Assembly (NCBI GenBank): GCA_913030825.1
Contig: CAJWCU010000029.1
Coordinates: 1-32,000, forward strand
Reading direction: 5' to 3'
DNA length: 32,000 nucleotides
From: an uncultured Rhodospirillaceae bacterium
Lineage (GTDB): Bacteria > Pseudomonadota > Alphaproteobacteria > Rhodospirillales > Casp-alpha2
The notes under the pieces were generated by a model. That model saw only the letters and a list, made by a program, of their open reading frames with translations. It was not told the origin of the DNA and searched no databases. Below are positions 5,744 through 12,669 of this stretch, in pieces. Positions within the stretch are counted from its first letter, which is position 1. Every line of letters begins with the position of its first letter. A program made the position numbers and the translations under genes.

Positions 5744-8677
5744 ATGAGCACCCCAGAGGCGACCAAAAGAAAGGTTCACCGGTACAAGGCGTTTATCAGT
5801 TATCGCCATGTGGACAGAGACCGCCGTTGGGCCAAGTGGTTGATTGACGGTCTTGAGACCTACCGCGTTCCCAAGGAACTGGTGGCCTCCGGCTATCCCA
5901 CCCGAATTGGTACCCTGTTTCGCGATGACGAGGAAATTCCCGCATCGCCGGATCTTTCCAATCAAATTGAAGACGCCCTGGATGACAGCGAATTCCTGAT
6001 CGTTATCTGCTCGCCCGATACGCCCGCGTCACAGTGGGTCCGGCGGGAGATAACCTATTTTCAGGAGCAGGGACGGGGTGACCATATATTGCCGCTCCTG
6101 GTCGAAGGCGAGCCGTCCGACTCCTTCCCGCCCGAGTTGCGATTTGCAGAGCGTGAAGTGACGGACGCCGACGGAAATGCCTCCAAGGTCCGCGAAGAGA
6201 TTGAACCGCTGGCGGCTGACGTGCGCGCCCGGACGGACGAGCCGAAAAAAGCGACGGAGCACCGCGCCCTGATCCGGATTGCCGCGGGGCTCCTTCGCTG
6301 CCGGTTCGATGACCTTGCCCAAAGAGATGCACAACGCGAAGCAAAACGCAGACGGATGGTTATTTCAGCTGCGGCCACATGCCTTGTCGCCGCCATCTCC
6401 AGCGGACTCTATTGGTGGGATCAAACCCGCATAAAGACGAGTTATTACGCCAACTTCGGAACGAAATGGGGCGTGCCGTTTGGCGTTGGGAGACTGGATA
6501 AAGAGACTCAGAAGCAGAGGCACTCCAGCTTCGCCATAGACACCCGAGGGGGACGCATCGTTGAAATGCGGCATGTCAATGGCCTGGGGTTTCCGCGCAA
6601 ACTTTCTCCACAATCAGCGCACTCAATTTCCCACCCGTGGCTTAATGGAGGTGAAAGGTGGCTATTTGAATTCGCTGACGATGGGCGTCTACGGAAGGTG
6701 AGCCAAATCAACTCGAAAGACCCCCGTAGACAACTCGCCTCGGGCGCCCAGAATTTTCTCGTGTTCAGGTTTGAATACCTCGCCGACAAAAACGCGGTTG
6801 TTTCGTTCAGAACTGAAGGAAGAACCAAAACGCTGGCAGCGGGAGCGTTCACGATAAGTCGTGAAAACAACCGCAACTCCAGCTCGTCTATAACGAGCCA
6901 CACAAACATTGCACAACACAGATTGGCGTTCGACAACTCGGGCTTCATTGTCTCTCGTCAGTTTGAAACCGAGACTGGGCAGCCCACCAGTGAGTTGTCG
7001 GGAAGCTACGGGAGAAAGTATTTCTACGATGAAAGGGGCCTTGTTTCCGCATTTGGGAACTTGAACCGGTCAGGAAGGCTGATGGCTGAACACGGCGGGG
7101 TGATGACGGTTCAATTTCAATACGATACCCAAGGCGACCTCATAAAAACTATCTATCTCGACAAAAAGGGAAGACCGCTGAGAAACCAAAAGTGGCTCCC
7201 GAAAATTGAGTTTAAAAGATCGCCAGTGGGGAATGTGTTGGAAGCATCCTATTTTTCCATTGATGGACGGCTCGGAACCAATGGAGAAGGGTACTCACGT
7301 GAGGTAAAAACTTATGACAGGCACGGCAACATGACCCGCCGCCGTCTTTTCCATGCGGACGGGAATCCCGCGGTGCACGATAAATATGGGTACTCGATGC
7401 AGACGTGGGAGCACAATTTTAGAGGGCAAGTCGTCCGAACCTCTTTTTACGACGACGAGTTGCAGCCTATCGTTCTGCCGAGCCTTGGATTCGCGCAATC
7501 AAAGAAAACATACGATGAGCGCGGAAACACAATAGAAGAATCATATCTAGATACCGGAGGGATGCTGCTCCGTCAAAAATGGGGATATGCGAAAGTCAAA
7601 TTTTCATACGACGCATTGGACCGGATAACTGAAATTATTTATTTCGATGTCGATAACGCGCCAACACAAGAAAGTCGCGGGTTTGCCAGCCTGAAGTGGA
7701 AATATGATGCCCAAGGAAATCGTATTCGTGAGAGTTACTATGACGCGGAAGGAAATTTGACCGAAAACGCTCGTGGAGTGGCGTCGCAGAGCTGGGCCTA
7801 TACGCCCAGAGGGAGCGTAAAAGAGACCAGTTTTTTCAACCAAGCAAACGAATTGGTCACCCCCGGCAAGCCCAATTGGGCGCGGAAGGTTTGGCGATAT
7901 GACCATCGAGGAAACGCAAAGGAAGTCTCATTTTATGGACCAGCTGGACAGCCAGTGCTCTCGAAAAATGGTTGCGCCAAATACGAAAGAGATTTTAACG
8001 ACGCCGGAAAAGTAACGAGAAAAATTTGCGTTGGAACGGATGGGCAACCAAAGCTCGGTACAAACAAGGCTGCTTATACGGAAATCGACTTTGACCAAAA
8101 AGGAAATAAAATCCAAGTTACCTACAAAGACACCCGGGAGCAACTCACACTGTCAGTGTTTGGTTATGCCCGGGTAGTTCAGAAATATGATGAGCTGAGT
8201 CGGTTGACCGAAAGGTCATATTTTGACGTAAATGGGAATTATATTGAACATAAGAAGCAGGGATTCGCGCGCCTGATCAAAAAGTATGACACCTTTGGAA
8301 ATTTGGTCGAAGAAGCATTTATAGGTAAAAATGGTAAATTGATTCAACCGTCAGGCAAAAATTACGCGCGGTTTATTGAAAAATACAATGATCAAAATCA
8401 AACAATCGAAGAAGCCTATTATTCGGCTGATGGTAAACTCGCGATAAATACCGAGTGGGAGTTTGCCCGCAAGCTGACGATCTATGACGATCAGAACAGG
8501 GTCATACGCGAATCTTTTTTCGGCGATGGCGGAGAGCCGATCCTCTACGAAGGCGTCTTCCACCATTTAGAAAGGCAATACAACCAAGATGGAAAATTGG
8601 TTGCGTTGAGGTCGCTGAATAAATTTGGAAAGGTTGTATTTGTAAATCGAGATGAGTCGTTTCTATCGCAATGGTAA
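5744..8677 (+). CDS. Membrane-anchored TIR-domain protein: N-terminal TIR, single TM helix, C-terminal YD-like repeat ectodomain (977 aa)
   Basis: ATG preceded by GGAG. TIR signature YKAFISYRHVDRD...LFRDDEEI...SEFLIVICSPDTPASQWVRREI. A PLAADVR juxtamembrane helix and KRRR precede the hydrophobic MVISAAATCLVAAISSGLYWW. About 750 aa follow, with a regular YDxxGN...Y.D..G...G.A repeat. Confidence 0.85.
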   Translation: MSTPEATKRKVHRYKAFISYRHVDRDRRWAKWLIDGLETYRVPKELVASGYPTRIGTLFRDDEEIPASPDLSNQIEDALDDSEFLIVICSPDTPASQWVRREITYFQEQGRGDHILPLLVEGEPSDSFPPELRFAEREVTDADGNASKVREEIEPLAADVRARTDEPKKATEHRALIRIAAGLLRCRFDDLAQRDAQREAKRRRMVISAAATCLVAAISSGLYWWDQTRIKTSYYANFGTKWGVPFGVGRLDKETQKQRHSSFAIDTRGGRIVEMRHVNGLGFPRKLSPQSAHSISHPWLNGGERWLFEFADDGRLRKVSQINSKDPRRQLASGAQNFLVFRFEYLADKNAVVSFRTEGRTKTLAAGAFTISRENNRNSSSSITSHTNIAQHRLAFDNSGFIVSRQFETETGQPTSELSGSYGRKYFYDERGLVSAFGNLNRSGRLMAEHGGVMTVQFQYDTQGDLIKTIYLDKKGRPLRNQKWLPKIEFKRSPVGNVLEASYFSIDGRLGTNGEGYSREVKTYDRHGNMTRRRLFHADGNPAVHDKYGYSMQTWEHNFRGQVVRTSFYDDELQPIVLPSLGFAQSKKTYDERGNTIEESYLDTGGMLLRQKWGYAKVKFSYDALDRITEIIYFDVDNAPTQESRGFASLKWKYDAQGNRIRESYYDAEGNLTENARGVASQSWAYTPRGSVKETSFFNQANELVTPGKPNWARKVWRYDHRGNAKEVSFYGPAGQPVLSKNGCAKYERDFNDAGKVTRKICVGTDGQPKLGTNKAAYTEIDFDQKGNKIQVTYKDTREQLTLSVFGYARVVQKYDELSRLTERSYFDVNGNYIEHKKQGFARLIKKYDTFGNLVEEAFIGKNGKLIQPSGKNYARFIEKYNDQNQTIEEAYYSADGKLAINTEWEFARKLTIYDDQNRVIRESFFGDGGEPILYEGVFHHLERQYNQDGKLVALRSLNKFGKVVFVNRDESFLSQW
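5783..6118 (+). other. TIR domain (residues ~14-125), candidate catalytic Glu102 at 6047-6049
   Basis: FISY start motif, DDEEI loop and the SQWVRRE motif. In characterised bacterial TIR NADases, the Glu after the conserved Trp is the catalytic position. Assignment is by motif only. Confidence 0.75.
6356..6418 (+). other. Predicted transmembrane helix of the TIR protein (residues ~205-225)
   Basis: A 21-residue hydrophobic stretch preceded by REAKRRR. The positive-inside rule places the TIR domain in the cytoplasm and the repeats outside. Confidence 0.65.
6929..8674 (+). repeat. About 18 tandem protein-level repeats of 32-33 aa (96-99 nt), YD/RHS-like beta-hairpin type
   Basis: (Y/F)(D/N)xxG anchors at residues 396, 428, 460, 492, 524, 557, 590, 622, 654, 686, 719, 751, 783, 815, 848, 881, 914 and 946. 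The spacing is always 32 or 33. The copies are diverged at the DNA level. Confidence 0.8.
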
Positions 8678-8814
8678 TTGGGTCATTTTTCGCGATGTCG
8701 CGTCGCGGTGTTAGACGACTTTGATGAAATTCGATGATCGACCTGGTTCGCGGGCGACCCTAAACTGAAAAATTGATTGTCTGACTGTTAAATCGTATCT
8801 GCGGTAGCAATTCG

Positions 8815-11295
8815 ATGTTGAACCGAAAATTGGATGTAATCGTCTGGGCGATCCTGGGCGGTTTGGCGATTGCCAGTATCGGCCTCAGTTTCTGGGGTTG
8901 GTTTCAGTTCGAGACCGGCCGCCAGACCGAAATGACGGCCGGCGTCTGGTTGGATATCGCGGCGAGGACGATCTCTTTCTTTTTTGCCGAGCGGCCGGAC
9001 GTGGACATCCCGGGCACCGGCGTCGCCGTGCCGCCCGGATATATCTCGCTCAACATTGCTCGCGTACTGGCGCCGACGGCGACCATGGGCGCGATCCTGC
9101 GCGTGGCGATTGAGTTCTTTTTCGGCCAGATCAGGGCCTCCCGCGTTCGGAACATGAAAGGCCATACGGTCGTCAGCGGCCTGTCGGATAACGGTTTGGC
9201 CTTCGCCAGGTCGGAAGCGGCGATGGGGCGTAAGGTCGTCATCGTTGGTCCGGAAGAGAACAGCTCCGCGGCATTTCTCGGCAGCCTTCATGGTTTTGAA
9301 TTCGTGTTGGGCGATCCCAGGGAGATTGAAGTTTTGCGCGCCGCGGGCGTTGGCGAAGCAAGGAATCTTGTGAGTGTTTTGCCGGATGACGGCGACAATC
9401 TCGAGGTCGCCATGCTCGCACGGAAAATCGTCGAGAAAGACCGAAAGGCAGCCGAACCTCTGCTGGTCAACGTCGCGATCGCAAATCGCCGGCTCTGGCG
9501 CCAGATCGTCCGCTCAGACGCGATCGAGCGAAGCCATGGCAAGTTCGAGATGCTGCCGTTCAATTTGGCCATCTGGGCGGCCCGACAGTTCACCTGGCGG
9601 GAGCCGCTTTGGGGGTATGCCGCATTGCGGGGTCAAAAAAAAATTCATGCCGTGTTCATTGGCTTTGACGAATATGCGGAGGCAATGATCGGGCAGATCC
9701 CGCCCGCCTGTGTGGCCGGCGACCTGGAGCGTCCGGCGTTTTCGATTTTGACCGGCCAGGAAAAATTCGCTCGGGGGAGTCTCGCCCAATCCTACGATCA
9801 GTTGGCCGAGGTTTGCGACATTACCTACCATCATTTCGAGCCGCGCATGTTTTCACTGACCGAAACCTTGATGGAAACCGTATCCGAGGTTGGCGAGGTG
9901 ACAGCCGTCTTCGTCTGCCTCGATGATGAAGAAGAATCCCTTGGCGCCGCCATTCATGTTCAAGACGTCATGCACCGCACGGGGCAATGGGGCGCTCCGG
10001 TTTATCTGAGATTGGCTAAGTGCGAGGGCGTTGGCGATCTTCTGGTTGATTCCGCGCGCGCCCGTAGGTTCTCGGAAGTGATACAGCCCTTTGGTGTTGA
10101 AGATGAACTCTGCAGCCTGGATGCTGTCGAAGGCAGGCTCGAAAAATTGGCGAGAGCGATCCATGTCGCTTACGAGGCATCCCGCGATGCCAGTGTGTTT
10201 ATCGATGATCCCGAACGCAGCTCCGCGACCCTTTCCGATTGGCGCAGCCTTCCGGAAACGTTTCGGGTGTCCAACCGGCGGGCAGCCGACAATATTCAAG
10301 CCAAATTGTGGAGTTGCGGCAGCTATGTCCCCGTGGGGACAAAATTGGATGCGTGCAAAGGCTTTCAAATGGCGTCGTCACCGGCAGTGCTGGAAGAACT
10401 GGCAGAACTTGAACACCGGTCGTGGGTCGCCGGGCGCTACGTTGACGGCTGGCAGTATGGCGATCACCGGGATGACCGCCGGAAAAGGCATCCGAACATG
10501 GTTGCCTATTCGGAATTGGATGAACCGACCAAGGAATTCGACAGGGACCAAATTCACTTGATCGACAAAACGCTGATCAACCGGCCGGACAATGCGCCTT
10601 CGAACGAGTTGATCCGAGTGGACCATTGGATCGGCCTCATCGGCAAGAACCTTGTACACGCAGAAGAAGTCCCGTGGATAAAGGAACAATGTACCGCGTT
10701 CCTGTCGACGTTCGTGGAGAAGCGACCCGATTGCCACGTTACTTTGGTCACTCCACTTGCGCCGGGGTCCGACTTTATTCTCGCTTCCGGGGCGCTTGCA
10801 TACCTGAAAGAAAAGGGTGTCCCGCATCGGCTTTTGGTTGTCGCGGCCGTGCCTTCGGAGCACATGATCGAAGACTACCGGGAGAATTTTGAGAACGGCG
10901 GAGTCTGGGATGGGGAGGATTCTGTCCGAAGTGACAAGTCATGGACCGGGGGCGATGGAGATGGTCAGCGCGACTTAATTAGGAAGCACCGGGATAAGAT
11001 CATTGCCTCTGAAGCGACCGAATGGGTTATCGACTTGACGGACGCAGAGGCTGACTACAGAGAGCAGACGAGCCGCCAAGCAGGGTATCGAACGGCAGCA
11101 GACTATATCGCCACCCGGGCGCACACTCTTATTGCCGTGCACCGTCCGGAACCTGGCGACAGGGGGGCAAAAATGGGCGGGACGGAAGACACATTGCGTC
11201 GGCGCCCGGACTTGTTGGTCCGTCGTCCCGATACAATATATCGAAACGTGGTTTTTGATTTGCAGGCGTGTGGAGTGAGCGAAGACGATTTGTAG
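8815..11295 (+). CDS. Membrane protein: 2-TM pore-like module + RCK/TrkA-N-like domains + RyR domain + C-terminal SLOG/LOG-like domain (826 aa)
   Basis: N-terminal hydrophobic helices VIVWAILGGLAIASIGLSFWGWF and ISLNIARVLAPTATMGAILRVAIEFFF flank WLDIAARTISFFF. Rossmann-like GHTVVSGLSDNGLAF...KVVIVGPE...NLVSVLPDDGDNLEVAMLARKI. RyR motif LAELEHRSWVAGRYVDGWQYGDHRDDRRKRHPNMVAYSELDEPTKEFDRDQ. The C-terminal strands HWIGLIG, VTLVTPLAPGSDFILASGAL, LLVVAAVP and TLIAVH...MGGTEDT resemble LOG/SLOG (PGGxGTxxE-like). There is no clear SD, so the start is uncertain. Confidence 0.8.
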   Translation: MLNRKLDVIVWAILGGLAIASIGLSFWGWFQFETGRQTEMTAGVWLDIAARTISFFFAERPDVDIPGTGVAVPPGYISLNIARVLAPTATMGAILRVAIEFFFGQIRASRVRNMKGHTVVSGLSDNGLAFARSEAAMGRKVVIVGPEENSSAAFLGSLHGFEFVLGDPREIEVLRAAGVGEARNLVSVLPDDGDNLEVAMLARKIVEKDRKAAEPLLVNVAIANRRLWRQIVRSDAIERSHGKFEMLPFNLAIWAARQFTWREPLWGYAALRGQKKIHAVFIGFDEYAEAMIGQIPPACVAGDLERPAFSILTGQEKFARGSLAQSYDQLAEVCDITYHHFEPRMFSLTETLMETVSEVGEVTAVFVCLDDEEESLGAAIHVQDVMHRTGQWGAPVYLRLAKCEGVGDLLVDSARARRFSEVIQPFGVEDELCSLDAVEGRLEKLARAIHVAYEASRDASVFIDDPERSSATLSDWRSLPETFRVSNRRAADNIQAKLWSCGSYVPVGTKLDACKGFQMASSPAVLEELAELEHRSWVAGRYVDGWQYGDHRDDRRKRHPNMVAYSELDEPTKEFDRDQIHLIDKTLINRPDNAPSNELIRVDHWIGLIGKNLVHAEEVPWIKEQCTAFLSTFVEKRPDCHVTLVTPLAPGSDFILASGALAYLKEKGVPHRLLVVAAVPSEHMIEDYRENFENGGVWDGEDSVRSDKSWTGGDGDGQRDLIRKHRDKIIASEATEWVIDLTDAEADYREQTSRQAGYRTAADYIATRAHTLIAVHRPEPGDRGAKMGGTEDTLRRRPDLLVRRPDTIYRNVVFDLQACGVSEDDL
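8836..9123 (+). other. Putative degenerate 2-TM ion-channel pore module (residues ~8-103)
   Basis: The order TM1 / short helix WLDIAARTISFFF / loop AERPDVDIPGTG / TM2 mirrors K-channel M1 / pore helix / filter / M2 placed ahead of an RCK domain. No TVGYG filter is present. Confidence 0.4.
10387..10569 (+). other. RyR (ryanodine-receptor type) domain, residues ~525-585
   Basis: Matches the RyR consensus as I remember it: LAExxHxxW...GWxYGxxxDxxxKxHPxxVxYxELxExxKExDR. An upstream half-repeat (LARAIHVAYE...WRSLPETFRVSNRRAADNIQAKL) precedes it. Confidence 0.8.
10621..11214 (+). other. SLOG/LOG-like Rossmannoid domain (putative nucleotide-ligand sensor), residues ~603-800
   Basis: A beta-alpha pattern with a glycine-rich loop after strand 2 (PLAPGSD) and a C-terminal GGTEDT motif, as in LOG/DprA/YpsA/ThsA-SLOG folds. 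Motif-level call only. Confidence 0.5.
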
Positions 11296-11322
11296 ACATT
11301 GGAACAGCCACGAGCCGATCGT

Positions 11323-12363
11323 TCAGAACAAATTGGCATGCACCTGTTGTCTCGCGGCCTGCCTCGCAAGGCCCAGAAGGCGGTCAACCATTTCCGGTCG
11401 ATCAAGTTGCGCGAGAACTTCCAACTCCTTTTGCGTGACGTCGGCGCCAATATTGGAACGCAGCCATTCCCGATCCAGTTTAATGTCAAATCGCTCGTAC
11501 TTGAATAGCGGCGGCGCGGCCGGCAGTTCGTTCGCCAATGTTCCAGCCTCACTGTCGATCTCCCAGGGGTTCTGACTGGTTCCCAACCACTGGAGGATCG
11601 CCTGCGCCTGCCACATGGTGTCGGTGATCATGGATTCCAGCGCGTGGATCGCTTGAAGGCTGCTCGGCAAGCGTAAGAATGACGTGACTGTATGCTGCGG
11701 CGTGTAGATCCCCGTACCCACGGAAAATATCGACAGGTTTTCAGGGCCTGATGGCCAGCCGTACCCGTAGGCTTTTGACGTAGCCATCGTCGCCAGCAAC
11801 AGGGCTGGGTTGTTGTATGGGCTGACCCCACCGTCAACGAAGAGTCCGCGAAATTCCTCGGTAACCTGGATTTCTTCTGGTTCAAAGTAGGTCGGCGCCG
11901 CCGTGCTTGCTCGGAGAATCTGGGCAATCTCGTAGTCGCGGTTTGCGAAGGCACCTGGATCATCTTCAGGCGGGTCGAAATATTTTGACCGCGGGTTGTT
12001 GTGAAAGACCCAGGGGCTCCCCGTGTCGATCCGCTTTGCCGCGATAGCCAGTCCTGTTCGCACCTCGTCGGACCCCAGCCTGCGGTGTCCGATCATTTTC
12101 CGGATGATGCGATCTACATTCTCGCCTTTGAACTTCGGAGAGAGGATGCCCCCGTGCCACCGAGAACCCTCAAACGCATCTTTTGCCAGTATGCGATACG
12201 TTTCAAGCAGGTCCGCAACAGAAAACCCGAGTGCAAGACCCGCCGCGATTGTCGCGCCCGCGGATGTTCCGCCGATCAAATCGAAATAATCACACAGCCG
12301 GAAATCCGGGCCACCGCCTTCTTGATTGCGTAGTACGTTTTCGACCTCTTCTAGAAACCCCAA
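11323..12363 (-). CDS. Patatin-like phospholipase (CapV-like size); the true N-terminus lies upstream of the track start
   Basis: GTSAG (GxSxG) at 12256-12270 and FVDGGVSPYNNP (the catalytic Asp of the DGG motif). The track start is a TTG at 12363. The same frame stays open upstream to 12486 and encodes KRVLSIDGGGVRG (12373-12393), the patatin oxyanion-hole motif. No ATG, GTG or TTG precedes that motif in frame. Convergent with the 826-aa gene, with a 27-nt gap. Confidence 0.85.
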   Translation of the reverse strand: MGFLEEVENVLRNQEGGGPDFRLCDYFDLIGGTSAGATIAAGLALGFSVADLLETYRILAKDAFEGSRWHGGILSPKFKGENVDRIIRKMIGHRRLGSDEVRTGLAIAAKRIDTGSPWVFHNNPRSKYFDPPEDDPGAFANRDYEIAQILRASTAAPTYFEPEEIQVTEEFRGLFVDGGVSPYNNPALLLATMATSKAYGYGWPSGPENLSIFSVGTGIYTPQHTVTSFLRLPSSLQAIHALESMITDTMWQAQAILQWLGTSQNPWEIDSEAGTLANELPAAPPLFKYERFDIKLDREWLRSNIGADVTQKELEVLAQLDRPEMVDRLLGLARQAARQQVHANLF

Positions 12364-12486
12364 CGCGACGATTCCTCGGACGCCGCCGCCGTCGATCGAA
12401 AGGACGCGTTTAGGTCCCGGGCCGAATAAGTGATCTTCAAGATTTGGAATGATATGTCCCCCACACGCGCGCCATTTTACGAGCGC

Positions 12487-12669
12487 TTAGATATCGTCTT
12501 TCGGTGAATTCTTGTGTTTTGCGGTATTCCGCGCGGACTTGATGGCGTTTTTGAGGTTATTGGAGAAGAACTCAATCGTCTCTGCGTGTTCGATGAGGAC
12601 ATCGTATGCCCTATCGTTTGGTGATTGATGATTGAAGGCTTCCTGAATAACCAAGGCTGCGTCCAGCAT
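12487..12669 (-). CDS. Small hypothetical protein (60 aa), doubtful
   Basis: ATG ORF MLDAALVIQEAFNHQSPNDRAYDVLIEHAETIEFFSNNLKNAIKSARNTAKHKNSPKDDI. Its TAA stop is in the same frame as the patatin ORF. No recognisable domain. Confidence 0.3.
   Translation of the reverse strand: MLDAALVIQEAFNHQSPNDRAYDVLIEHAETIEFFSNNLKNAIKSARNTAKHKNSPKDDI

Noticed and set aside
5561-5965. 134-aa minus-strand ORF overlapping the 5' end of the TIR gene; likewise 6003..6948 and 8788..9291 minus-strand ORFs
   Set aside because: They overlap strongly supported plus-strand genes with TIR and channel-like motifs. They have no SD and no recognisable sequence features.
11296-11322. Possible bidirectional terminator between the convergent channel-like and patatin genes
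   Set aside because: Only a 4-bp GAAC/GTTC stem can be drawn in the 27-nt gap, and there is no U-tract. This is not convincing.
5744-12489. Whether the cluster is simply canonical Thoeris or CBASS
   Set aside because: There is no SIR2 or Macro domain fused to the SLOG-like domain, and no CD-NTase or cyclase gene anywhere in the window. Only the general logic (TIR signal, SLOG sensor, membrane or patatin effector) is shared, so it is reported as a candidate new variant and not as a known type.
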